Shown one piece after another: positions 13,776 through 25,924 of a stretch of DNA of 64,000 nucleotides. The notes beneath the pieces are model-generated. The model ran no database searches. It had not been told where the DNA came from and saw only the letters and a program-made list of their open reading frames with translations. Position 1 is the first letter of the stretch. Every line of letters begins with the position of its first letter. Source of the DNA: Takakia lepidozioides (taxonomy: Eukaryota > Plantae > Bryophyta); the NCBI GenBank assembly GCA_030704615.1, contig CM060733.1:64604001-64668000 (forward strand), read 5' to 3'. The position numbers and the translations under genes were made by a program.

Positions 13776-16700
13776 TTAATCTTGAAAATCATCGGAATCC
13801 TCATCCCTGTTCTAGACTGTCCTGCTCCTCCTCCACCCCCTCAGTGCCTCTCTCATCTCCAGCGGACTGCTCGTTGGCCAGGCTTTCGAAAATCCCATCT
13901 TCCCCTTGCGGAACTGTCCATCTCACCTCCGTTTGGGTCGTCTTCCTCCCTGTCTGCGTCGCTCTCATCCGCTGAATCACATATGTACTTTCGTACCCGT
14001 CTACCTGTCTGAGCTGCTGCCAACTCTTTCCTTATCCTTCTGTCCTCCCTAGCCCTCTCCAAAATCTGCTCTACTTTACTGGGATTCTCACTTCTTCTAA
14101 TCGCTGTATTTGCGAGTTTAGCTGCATAACTAGGAAGGGAGTAGTCCCTCACCGGGCTCGTCATGAAGTCGGCCCTCGCAAAGAACGGGACATTCTTCCT
14201 GGCAGGAAGTGTAGGCCCTACATGTTTCGACCCGGACCCTGCAATCCTGCACATGACAATCATCAACGAGACTAATGAGAACCACAGTCGGGAAATTCCT
14301 TTGACATAATGACCCAGAAGGCTTTGCAAACTTACAATGTTTGCACTCACTCGTATTCCGGGTTCTCCTCTGCATCAATGTCCACTGTGTCTTCCTCGGA
14401 CTCCGACGAATCCGAGGAGACTTCCGCTCTGTCGGGAGCCTTCACATTCCGTTGCAGCCCCTCCAGATGGGATCCCCACACGGATGAATCCTCCTCGTAG
14501 GCAAAGAGGTGCCGGTCGGAAAACCGCCCAGCCCACATTGAGGCACCTGTTACAATGCCATCCACACATTACCACATGGCGCTTCAGATGTTGCGAACTA
14601 CATCCTAACGAGAATTTGCAGAACAGCAGAGATCAAGATTCTGCATACCTGTCCCACAGATGAGGTCCAGCACTGTGCCCTCCACGTCTGTGCATGTCTC
14701 CATAATTGTCTGAATGAAGGCAGGGCTCCGAGTCCGTGAGTACCGCAGGGGTTCCGTTGAAGTGAGGCTATGAGGGAGAAGTTCCTTGGGAACGTTGTTG
14801 AACAGAACGTTGTAATCGAGTGGGTCGCAGTTGGGTCAACCTTTCCTCCCTCCTTCCGGAAAGCAAAGGTGGAGTTTTCCTTCACAAAGCAGTATGCATC
14901 GAACTGCTTCGTCTGCATACACAGGGGAAAACGATTAGAAACCGAATGCGGCACCGCATTTGAAAGCACCCAAGCAAATGAATGGACGAGTGCCAGTGTC
15001 GTAATCACCTTCTTCCCTTCCGACCGAAGGCCCAGTGTGTTGATGCACGTCCACTTCTTTTTCAGAATCGGGACGGCGCTCTTGCGGGTCCACTTCGCAA
15101 TTCCTGTCTGAGTGTTTTTTCCTCTGCTCGCCAGGACAACCACACAGCCTCTGTCGTCCAACACCATGCGGGCAAGCCCGAATCCTTTCTTCCAAAAGTC
15201 CTCCGAGTACCTGTTCCAAGATGGCAAAGCTTGCAGTCCTTCCACAGGCTCTCCGTCCGGAATATCCAAGATGATCATATCGCAAGACCACTCGGTGGCA
15301 TTTCCGCCCCTCCTACAATCCTTGTCTGCACACACCCTCTCAAAGAACGAGACCATATTCTGAAATCCTGGGGTGTCGGAAGGCTCTTCGGCAGTCGCCT
15401 TCTTCAGTGCTCTGCCCTTCAGACCCTCCATGGTCTTCATGTATGCCAACTTGGCTGCCCGTCCATCCAAAGCCGCCAAGAAACTCTCATTTACACACTG
15501 GACTACAGTTTCGGGAGCCACTTTCGGCCTCTTCATTTCCACCGGCTCGAAAGGGTGCCCCCCTGGGGGGTTGAAGAGTGCCTTCTTTGCCGAGCCAGTT
15601 CTCGTGCCTCTCGTGACAACGGTGGGCACAGGGGAGGCAGCCTGCGTTTGGGGGGGTGGGCTGGTTGCAAAGTCTCCATCGGAGTCCTCTTCCTCACCCT
15701 CTTCCTGAACAGGCTGTTTCTGCTTCTTCGTTTTGGCGGGTGTCACAACAGCTGCTCCTTGCTGGCGAGTCCTCTTCTTCGACCCCTTCTGTTGGGCCTG
15801 CACAGCTGCATCCACCGTCTTTTGTGCCATCTCAGCTGCCTTTCTGGATTCTTCCAGAGCAGCAGATTCCTTTGCCGACTTTGGCCCAGCAGGGACACGT
15901 CTTTCCTTTCTCTTCTCTTCTGCCAAGGCGTGCAGATCTTTCTCAGACTCGTCAACAATACCGCCAGACATGTCCAGGTACCACGGGCATCCAACGAGAT
16001 GCGCGGGATGCCATTGTTTCTGCATCTCGGGTGTGTAGACACAGCTTGGGCCCGCCACGGTCCAAGCCATGAAGAACGGGGGCTCTTGAGCCAGGGCCCC
16101 TGTCTGAAGGAGCACGTATTTCATATACCTGCAAGGCAGTCAGCATGCGTGAGCAAAAGTTGAGACCAACCTACTGGCAGAGTGCCACCGAAAACATAAA
16201 ATGCGAATGCGGTGCCGCATTTCCGAGACAAACCTCGTAACCAGGCTTCGCATACAAGGGCAGCTGTGCTTCACCTGTAAACAATTCGCATTGCAGCTTT
16301 CCCCCGCTCCCTCCTGATGTGTAAACTCCACGCTCCTTCTTGCTGTCTGTAGCTCTCTGGCGAAAAGGTTGTCCTTGTACGCACATCTGAAACGTGTCAC
16401 GTAGTCTTCCAATGTCTGTGTTCCATCCCATTTGACGTACAAGCCGAACGAATTTGTGTGCATTACGACTTGCTCCTTCGCATTCGACATTACCTGCCAT
16501 TCCCAAATGCATTGTCACGTAGCAGTTCAGGGAATTCATGTCAGAAAAGCAAATCTGGGGAAGTACCTTGAATTACCTGGAACCACCAAGTCATACGGTT
16601 GAGCCACACATCCACTGCAGGGTCGGAAACTTCCAGTGGAAAAGACCACATTGTCCTTATGCTCTCGGATGCATTCCAGATCGACAGCCACCGTGTCTGC

Positions 16701-18900
16701 CATTTCCGATCCAATGTCAGTGGCTGGAAGAGAGTGGCTATTGCTAGGAAGGAAATTCAGTGCATTGAAACCTCACCTTCTCTTTCGCCTCCACACATGC
16801 CGTTGAGAGGTGATGCAGTTTCTCCAATTGCATGGTCGGCTGCATGGCCCGAGAATAGTGTTTTGCAATCTCGGGGATGAAGTCCTTTCCAAGTGCCGGA
16901 TCTGCAATTGCCACCAGCTTCACAAGCTTTGACTTGTATTTGGTTCTGGACTTGACACCGGCTTCCTTCAAGTGCTCAGTCAATGACTGCAACGTTTTGA
17001 CCTGCCCCTCACTTTCCATGAAGAAGCGTTTGGCATGGGCCAAATCCAGCTTGATGTTTGACTGCCAACAAAAACATGCAGAAGCGTTACATTCGATTCA
17101 TGTGGAAACATTACTGGAAATTGGGGAAGGATGAGCAGAGGGAAATTGGAGCACGACTTACTTCGTATATCACCTCCACCATTCCATCCATAGTGAGACG
17201 ATACCATGTCCGGTCTGTTTTTGCAACGGCTTTCTGAATGAGCTCCGGCTCCAGCATTTCCGCAAACATCTGCGGATCAGTAAGACCAGTTTTCCTCACC
17301 CTGTACAGCATATGTGCCATGTGGGTATGCACGTACGCATTCTCAGTGACCCTGCAAGGCACACTCTCCAGTTCAGTACACGGAAGCACGGAATCAAACC
17401 AGAATGGAAACCGAAATGCGGCACCGCATTTCGAATGTGCTAGGGAGGGTATGAGTATCTTACGAGTTGAGGTCCGCCATGGCATTCTTGAGCAGGGAGG
17501 AGTCTGCCGCCTTCACCTTGAGGATGACACACTCCACCATGTAATGCCAGCCAATGTGCTTGGCATGGTTCTGCTTGATGTACTCCCACCAGGCGAGAAG
17601 TCGGTGATTCCCGTCCCACACAAAGAACATTTTACCCGACATATGGCCGAAGTCGGGATCACCCTTCAGCGTCGCCTCGAATTCGTGGTTGCGAGTGTGC
17701 CAGTGGGTATCCCACGTTGACAATTCATCGGCAGTGGGTCCACGGGTTTCGCCGTCCTCATTCTCTATGGAAACGTAAAACGCTGCCGATCCCAGACGGT
17801 ACCCTTCTCGAAATGCGAACTTGAGCTTATCCACATCTCCGGGAAGGGCCTGCCTGACGATGGGAAGGGAGACCATGCGACAGAGTGGGATTCGAAGAGT
17901 CCGCTGGAATACCCTGCTGCCCAGAACTCTGCCAATGCTACTGTGTGTCTCCTCCAACATTTTATCCGCTGCACTTTTGAAATCCTCCGGAGACATGTCT
18001 GTAGGTGCCGGTAGTGGCTGAGCAGCTGGAGCATCCTCAACTGGAGCTGCACTCTGGGGCCTGTGTGCGGGCAATTCTGCCATTGCAGAGGCCTCCTCCG
18101 GGCCTGCTAGCTCATCGGTGGTGAGGTCTGCCTGCGAACGTTCAGCGGCAGCACCCTCCTCCGGTACCAAATCGAGATCAACGGTCGATCCCATTGCCTT
18201 CGCTGCAGCAGAGTCGGCCCCAACATCTGCAGGCGGGAAATCCTCCAGGAACTGAGCTTCAGCTCGTGGAAGCGGTTTTGCGGGAGATTGTTCGCCCGTC
18301 GCCCTGATTGCCTTCTGCTTCCTCATCCTTGCAGGTGAAGGTGTCTGCTGCAATAGAATCTGTCTTCTACCCTGCTGCTTCATTCGCGTTGGGGGGGGTG
18401 AATCGGCCTGAGCCGGTTCAGAAGCCAGTAGAGGGACGGGCTGCTTCTTCTTCGACTTTGCTGGAGAAGGGCCCGACCCCTGCTGGCGATTCTCCATGAT
18501 CGAAGAACGCGAGTCGATCTCTGAGACTTTGAACTTGCCCTTCGAAGACGCGTCTTTGAATCGCAGAGGGCTAGGCCCGGCAGGAATACCCGCGCTCGGG
18601 GATCGGGTGGGTGTACGTGCTGCAGCTAGCTCCTCGGACTCTTCCTGCGGCTCTTCGGATTCCTGCGATCCCTCCAGCACGTCCACCTTTCCTGTTAGGC
18701 ATGCAAACATGTTCTGCATTCAAGTCTCCTAGCATTCAGTCTAAGAATTACAGAAGCAAAATGGGGGGTTCGGTGCTCGATCAGCTGCGCGCAGCCCGAT
18801 CGCATGGAGCTCTCACTGGTGGCTGGGTTGCCTGAGTGGCCTGCTGCTCGGAGATGGCAATCTCCTCCTGTAGACGCATCTGCTTCCTCCCCTTCGGCAT
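13776..18900 (-). CDS. Multi-exon gene: disordered N-terminus + ParB/Srx-like domain + beta-class N4C/N6A DNA methyltransferase-like domain
   Basis: ParB-like MFFVWDGNHRLLAW (about 17590-17632). MTase motif IV-like CDMIILDIPDG (about 15252-15284). RSPAFIQTIMETCTDVEGTVLDLICGTG (about 14648-14731), followed after an intron by ASMWAGRFSDRHLFAYEED, matches the order motif X / motif I / motif II. GT-AG introns at 17352-17463 and 17062-17161. The full exon structure, start codon and intactness are not established. Confidence 0.75.
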
Positions 18901-19335
18901 TGGCCTACGTCCGAAGTATAATTTCCGGAGCTTGCGACGAGGTCTCCTGTCTGGTGCACGAACTCCCCCCCCTCTCAGGTTCGAGCATAAGAAGAACAGA
19001 GAGAGGGAAAAGGGGCAAAGAGTGCAGATGGAAAGGGCGCGAGAGGGGTGACTGAGGAGACACGACAAAAGTAGATGAAACGGCGGTGATGCACCACTTG
19101 GGTTCGAAAGGTTGGACGAAAGTGTCTCCTCGTGGAGTTTGCGTCATTACGAAATTCGAATCGTTGAGGGTACGCCTGCCGTCCGAAAACAAACATCATT
19201 ATCCAACGGTCAGGCCGCGCCGCCTCATGCCCCTTCAGTCAGATAGAGTGCCGACATGTGCAGCAATTCCGTTGCTCCACGTGTTCACATTTCAAGGCAT
19301 TTCCGTCCCAGCGTCTGATGAGTTGGAGCGAGAAT

Positions 19336-21037
19336 GCGAATGCGGCGCCGCATTTCCGTTAAGTACCATCACGAAGCTACACATCCGTACTTGTTGGAAG
19401 AAAATGCGGCACCGCATTTCCGTTCCACCTTCACATACCTTAGTTGTTGAACGGAAATACGGTGCCGCATTTCCGTCCCACAGCTCCATGTATGAGATTC
19501 AGAAGGGAAATGCGGCGCCGCATTTCCGTTCCCACTTCACATACGTTAGTTGATGAATGGAAATGCCGTGCCACATTTCCGTTCGGGAAAGTATAGAGGT
19601 CTCACCTGGACAGAAATGCGGTGTCGCATTTCCGGTCTGGAAAGGTTGAAGGTCTCACATGGATGGAAATGCGGCAACACATTTCCGTAGCACAGCTCCA
19701 GGCCGAATATACAAAACGGAAATGCGACGCCGCATTTCCGTTCGAGAATGTCGGAAGGTGCGACTCGAACGGAAATGCGGTGCCGCATTTCTGTACCCGT
19801 TGCGCACGATTTTCAGTCAGAATGGAAATGCGGTACCGCATTTCCGTTCTGTAGAGTATTAACGTCCGACGCTGGCGGAAATGCCTTCCCGCATTTTCGT
19901 TCCACAGCTCCATGCCTCACATACAAAACGGAAATGCGGCCGCATTTCCGTTTTGGAATGTCGGATGGTGGGACTCCGACGGAAATGCGGTACCGCATTT
20001 CAATTCCGATGTTTCAGGATATTTCATCAGAACGGAAATGCGGTGCCGCATTTCCCTTTTAAATCTAATACATTCCGTTCAGGAATGTTGGGAGGTGCGA
20101 CTCGGATGGAAATGCGCTGCCGCATTTCAGTTCCGATGGTTCACGATTTTCAGTCAGAACGGAAATGCGGTACCGCATTTCCGTTCTGGAATGATGGTAG
20201 GTGCGACTCGGATGGAAATACGTTGCCGCATTTCAGTTCCGATGGTTCACGATTTTCAGTCAGAACGGAAATGCGGTGCCGCATTTCCGTTCTGGAATGA
20301 TGGTAGGTGCGACTCGGATGGAAATACGGTGCCGCATTTCAGTTCAGATAGTTCACGATTTTCAGTCAGAACGGAAATGCGGTGCCGCATTTCCGTTCTG
20401 GATAGTTTGAATGTCTCAACCGGTCGGAATTGCGCTGTATGAAGCTGTCGGAATCTTACTCGGCTCCAAACATCAGATACAAAATGGAAATGCGGCGCCG
20501 CATTTCCTTTATGGAATGTGGAAAAGTGCGACTCGGACGGAAATGCGGTGCCGCATTTCTGTTCCCGTTGTTCATAATTCTCAATCAGAACGGAAATGCG
20601 GTACCGCATTTCCGTTCCACCTTCACATACCGTGCTTGTTGAATGAAAATGCGGTACCGCATTTCCGTTCTCGAGAGTATGAATGTCTTTTAAGGACGGA
20701 AATGTGCTGCAGCATTTCTATCCCTCAGCTCCATGCATCAGATACAAAATGGAAATGCGGCGCCGCATTTCCGTTCTGGAATGTCGAAAAGTGCGACTCG
20801 GACGGAAATGCGGTGCCGCATTTCTGTTCCCGTTGTTCATAAATCTCAATCAGAACGGAAATGCGGTACCGCATTTCCGTCCCACCTTCACATACCGTGC
20901 TTGCTGGATGGAAATGCGTTACCGCATTTCCGTTCTGGAGAGTATAAAGGTTTCCCCCGGACGGAAACTCGGTGCCGCATTTCCGTCGCTCTGTTGCATG
21001 ACCAAGATGCAATACGGAAATGCGGCGCCGTATTTCC
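19336..21037. repeat. Phased palindrome array: about 31-32 copies of a 22-bp palindrome at a 53-bp period with variable ~31-bp spacers
   Basis: Starts at 19400, 19453, 19506, 19559, 19612, 19665, 19718, 19771, 19824, 19877, 19930, 19981, 20034; then 20108 to 20426 and 20486 to 21016 in 53-bp steps. Confidence 0.95.
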
Positions 21038-21466
21038 GTCCACCAGCAATCGACAGAATCACTCGGGACGGGAAATCTGGAACCTCAATGGGTTGCATTG
21101 TTCCGAAACAACACAATTGCGGCCAGTCTTGATGAGCACAACTTGGTTGTCTGACCGTTTTAACCAGCAGTCCTGGCACTTGTCAGTGCGAACGTTCCTG
21201 TCTGCACCGAGAATACTGCTGGATCCACCCTCAGGAGAAACTGTCAGGAGATGTTATTTCGTCGCCGAATCGGCCATCATTGTCCTACTCACTGGCTATG
21301 GAATCAAACCTCCCACCTTCATGCATGTAGCTTGAAACAATACTTTCCACTTCAATGTGCGACTTCCAATTGTCGATGGACTCCGCAGATCCACTTAGAT
21401 GGTGCCTGTGAGCCTTGGTCTGTCGCTATACTGAACCTCGCACTTGCCAACTCCGTGCGGTGTTCG

Positions 21467-24400
21467 ATGGCTCCGAATTCCTACGCTATAGTTTGCTGTC
21501 CTCCGCAACTTGGGAGAGCCTGGATCCCAAACGAGGGAGGACTTTGCAGAGTGACTGAAACTTACCTTTGTTCCAAATTCAAGCTCAAACCGGGCACAGT
21601 TTATTTGGAAGAAGAAAGGAAGGATGTTCCTGGACAGGTTGACGAGACCATTGTCGTGCTAGGTAACGACGGAGGTTGCGGAATCGAATGGCACGTTCCC
21701 CCGTCAGACACCATCCTGTACCGAGCTGTGGGAATGCCCATTCCCTTTCCGAATCAGTCGCTGCCCACACCATCCACAAAGGAGTCCGGAAACCGAGAGG
21801 CGGCCACTGCCAACAGAGAGGTATGCAACGATAATCATTCCCGACCTGGACCGTCAAGACCCTCCATAGCTTCTCGTGTGGACGTATTCGACATTTCCGA
21901 CGAGGAAGATGATTGCATTGAGGTACCCATGTCCTCCACACGGTCGTTCAAATCCGGCATGGACGTCTCTGTAGGTGCTACGCATGTGCCCTCGAGCATA
22001 ACTCCAACCCGGTCCATTGTGCAGCTCCTACGACAACATCACCTCGATGGTTCTCGCTCCGAGCTGGCTGCTCTCGACTATGCCAAATTCCCAGTCAGAA
22101 AGGTAACTTTTCTGCCTCCCGAAGTCGATGGCAATGTCATCTTTCGAGTTTCCACCTGTTTCTTCGTCAAAGAAAGCCTCCGGGATGTTAACAGACATGG
22201 ATCGAAAGCATGACGGACACCCCTGGTGTGTGACGAAGACCAGTAGCACGAAAATTGCTGATGGTGTTCGTGTACGATATGTCCTCTGTGCGGGGAAGCT
22301 GAGGTGCCTCAATCCCACCTGCTTCCACTTTCTCTCCAAAGGAGGGCGGAGAAACGAGACGGATTGGACTGGCACAACGCATCATCCATTCATTGTCTCC
22401 AGCCAAGCTCCTGCGGGTTCTTTCAAGTGTGCACATTGCAAAGAACCACCGACGTGCATGTCCATGTGCAGAGCCAAGCAATATTACGTAATCCATTTGC
22501 TCCCGGACTTGACTAGAGCTTGCATACACGTTGGGGTCCACTGCCACCCCTTGGCGAGAGGCAACATGCGTGAGGCTGTGCAGGAAGCACACGACATCAT
22601 AAAAGAGGAGGTGAAATTGAGCCCCGGAGCCAGACCAAAGCAGATTCAGCTGAAGGCAGCCCACAAGATTGCTCTTGGCAAAATCATGTCTGAAGATGGT
22701 TCCGACCGAGAGCCCTTGACCGAAGACGAGATGCGTGACCTCTTGGAGTCCGTCTCGCACGTTTGTAGTCCGAATGTGCGGAATCACATCGTATCTTGCA
22801 AGCAGGAGTTCGGCAGGGGGTCGGACATGTACTCAATCCTGGAGGTGAAACGAATGACTGGATATGACTACATCCAAGGTAGCAGGTTTCCAGGGCAAGG
22901 CAGCGAATCCGATCGTTGTTACATTTTCAAAATGTCGACGTGTGGGCCTGGGAGTGGAGTCGACTTGGTCACTCGCATGACAACTGGAAACTTGTCGAAT
23001 GCTTGGGTGATGTTTGATCACATCAAGCGAATTACAAACCATCAGTGGGTGACTATGGGTGCGCATGTTTATGACTATCACTCCAAGAGGCTCATGACGA
23101 TTGCAATCTGCGAGATGAAAGGGGAGGACACACAGTCCGAGATGCATCTGTGGGAGGGCATAAACGAGCAGATGGCAAGGGCGGGATTGCCAGAGCCCAA
23201 TTTCAGGGGATTCATGGCAGACAACGCTCAGGCCAACTGGGCAGCGGTGCGGCGTGTGTACGGTGAGGACCCCAATGTTCCAATGGAGGGGAAAGAGAGA
23301 TCCTGTGGATTCCATTGGATGCAGAGTCTATCCCACTACACTACCAAATTTGTTGCTAGCTCATTCCAGGCTGAACACCGTGTCCTTTGTACGGCGTGGA
23401 AGGATGCACCCACATTTGATGACGCGGAGGTTAAGTTTGCTATCATCGAGGCTTGGTGGAACACGTCAGGTGCAGTGGAGACAACCAATCTGGGAGCATT
23501 GCACAGCTGGTTGGGGTGGTGGCATTTCGGTATCGACAGTTCGGACAGTACATGCGGGAGGTAGGCTGCTGTCATTTTCGTTCATTGTCTTTCTGTTACG
23601 GACATTTCGATTGGTCCTCACCATTGTTTGTGTCCTTCTAGGAGCGGTGCTTGGATTCCGACACGGACATGCCGAACACGAATATGGCAGAATCGGTCCA
23701 CTCCTCCTGGCGAGCGTCTTCTGCCGCACATCTGGTGGACGTAGTGACGGCCACAACGGAGGACATCGACAGAGCAATCATGCAGCAAGCCACGTACTAC
23801 AAGTTCCTGAGCGGCAAACAATGGGGCTTTGGGCCGGACAGGGAGGAATTGTTGGTACGAACAGCTTCGAGGTCCAAGAATCCAGTGAAATGGGCGACAG
23901 CATTGCGAGAGAAGATCAAAGGGACGCCTCTGCACCGCAGAGGTGAACACCTAGAGGGGGACGTCCGGACTCGCCCTGTCAGGCGGAGGATTGAAGAGGA
24001 ACCCGGGTGCGAAGAGGATTCCTGGAGATCCGACAGGAACATTCGGACAGCACCTCGAGGTCCCGTCATGTTGCCGCACAATGTGTCTTCCAGCAGTGGA
24101 AGCCCAAGAAATTCCAGATCGCCGTCGCCTTCAACCGGGGATTTCGTGCAACAAATTCCCACCGCTCCCTTGCCCCACATTCCGCCCGCTGTTATGCAGT
24201 ATGGCCAAGCCATTGTGGAGACGACTGTGTCTGCCTCACAGTGGAGAATTGCTCGCACAAAGCCGTCGTTTCGAGGAAGGTGTTCCGCAATTCGTGTGGA
24301 TACACGGCAACGTTGTTTAGAGATGATAAGGAGGAATCCAGATGGGGCTGTCCCTGCTCCTACTTTTACAGGAAGATTTGTCCATGCAAAGTTTGCGGAG

Positions 24401-25072
24401 GCGACAACCACCCAGTTCTGGTTCTGCAGGCACGACATTATGACTTGCGTGTATGGAAAGCCCAAGTACGGCATACAGACAATGCCAGAGGCTCCCCCGG
24501 TGTGGCCGGTGGAACCAGGCTGCGATCTGAGTCAGGTTGAGGCCGACGCCCTTACCGCCGCAGGATTTCGGATGGTGCAGCGCACTGACGTCCCCAGACA
24601 ACCATTTCCGCTTCCACAGCCTCCACCACCGACCCCTGTGAGAGCAAGAACAATGGAACACGACAGCTCTAAGCATCCTACACACCGTTGGGGGAAACCG
24701 AAGAGGCGGCGACCTCCCTCAAAAGTGAACGAGACAAGGATGGGGAATGCACTTCGGATGAACTGTACAATCCAGAGCTCGACAGAAGTGCCCCCACCAG
24801 GATTCGGGCGTGTGTATCAGATGGCCACGGCGGGCTCAGCTGTTCGCAATGAGGTGTACACCATCACCATTTCAGAATTACCCACCTGCAATTGCACCGA
24901 CTTCCAGATCATGGCGAACAAGGGGGCATCATACTGCCCTTGCAAGCATTTGTACTACGTGTACCTAAAGAGACTCCGTTGTAATTCCACAACTCATCAC
25001 TTCATACATGCACCAGGGTTGAGCCCCCAGGAGGTTCACACTCTTCTGAATATGGATCCAGGGGACCAGTGA
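21467..25072 (+). pseudogene. MULE-like DDE transposase with GCM/WRKY-like Zn domain and C-terminal SWIM finger; two frameshifts
   Basis: CAGKLRC..C..CAHC..C..HVGVHCHP, then WVMFD, FMADNA, CGFH, TNMAES (D-D-CxxH-E) and SWIM CNCTDF...CKHL. Frameshifts near 22145 and 23526; intron about 23561-23641. Confidence 0.85.
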
Positions 25073-25819
25073 GCTTGGCTTGCGGTCCACATACAATGGT
25101 ACGCCCATCCTTTTCGGATAGTAGAACTGTACTGCTGCCAGTACCTCAGACTCTGGCCACACAAAGGTCCGACATATGTCTTGCCTACCAGTAACCTGTT
25201 TTGATCGAACTAAGATATTACTATATCGTTCACTTGTTTCCACGTGCATGTATTTTTGTATGTTGGAGGGTTCATGTTTTTCTGCTTTCCGAAAACTTGC
25301 TCTCCTCATTCGACCTCCGACAAGGAAATGCGGCGCCGAATTTCCAAGTGTCGTCGTAGGTACCCCCAGAGGCGGCCTTCGCCAACACCAAACCGCTCCG
25401 AAATTTCGCACGTGCGAACCCTAATGCGGCACCCTATTTCCCAGTTCAGTTGCAAACCTTTCCCGCCGAATACCCGAAGAAGACAGAATTGTGAAGTACT
25501 GCAGACTGTATTGGTGCAGACTCCATTGGTTCAATCGCGGCAAAAGGGTCAGCTTCATTCCAATGTTAAGGCATGTAAAACCGCGGAATACTCTATACAG
25601 GCCAGTATGCGACGTCCTTTTGCAGTGGTATACTGGATTTCCCGTTGCACGGTCACTTATTTCCATGAGCGGATCTATAAAACCATGAGCGGACTTGTTA
25701 CTGACGACATATCTTCGCCGCATTACATGATCTGGAACGTCCAAAAACGGCAAGGTCAAATAAAAAACTATTATTTTAATACTTGTTTAATCTGCCGCAT
25801 TTCCAAATTTGGAGGAGTC

Positions 25820-25924
25820 CGCTCATGAAATCCGCGTATCTTAGACTTCGGCTCACCGCTCATGCGGCTCATGCGGCTCATGGCTCATGGCTCATGGTTT
25901 CTGCTCATGAAATAGTAAACCTCC
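25820..25924 (-). repeat. Right terminus of copy A (degenerate TIR plus GCTCATG repeats)
   Basis: GCTCATGCGGCTCATGCGGCTCATGGCTCATGG...GCTCATGAAATAGTAAACCTCC. Transposase-homologous sequence (PTCMAVCNAKQYY) begins immediately after it. Confidence 0.8.

Larger units (their letters stand above)
11130..25924. mobile_element. Large Mutator-like DNA transposon, copy A (about 14.8 kb)
   Basis: Left end GGGGGGCTGCTATTTCATGAGC plus CATGAGC repeats. Right end GCTCATGAAATAGTAAACCTCC plus inverted GCTCATG repeats. It contains a MULE-like transposase, a ParB/MTase-like gene and palindrome arrays. The left 5 kb is repeated at 34144 onward. Confidence 0.85.

Noticed and set aside
13776-18900. Bacterial contamination or prophage as the source of the ParB/MTase gene
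   Set aside because: The gene has GT-AG introns conserved between copies and is interleaved with plant retroelements and genes.
19336-21037. CRISPR array (palindromic repeat plus constant-length spacers)
   Set aside because: Spacers recur as higher-order duplicates (e.g. 20108-20400, and 20470-20640 versus 20735-20910), no cas genes are present, the context is a plant transposon, and the same repeat occurs singly in introns.
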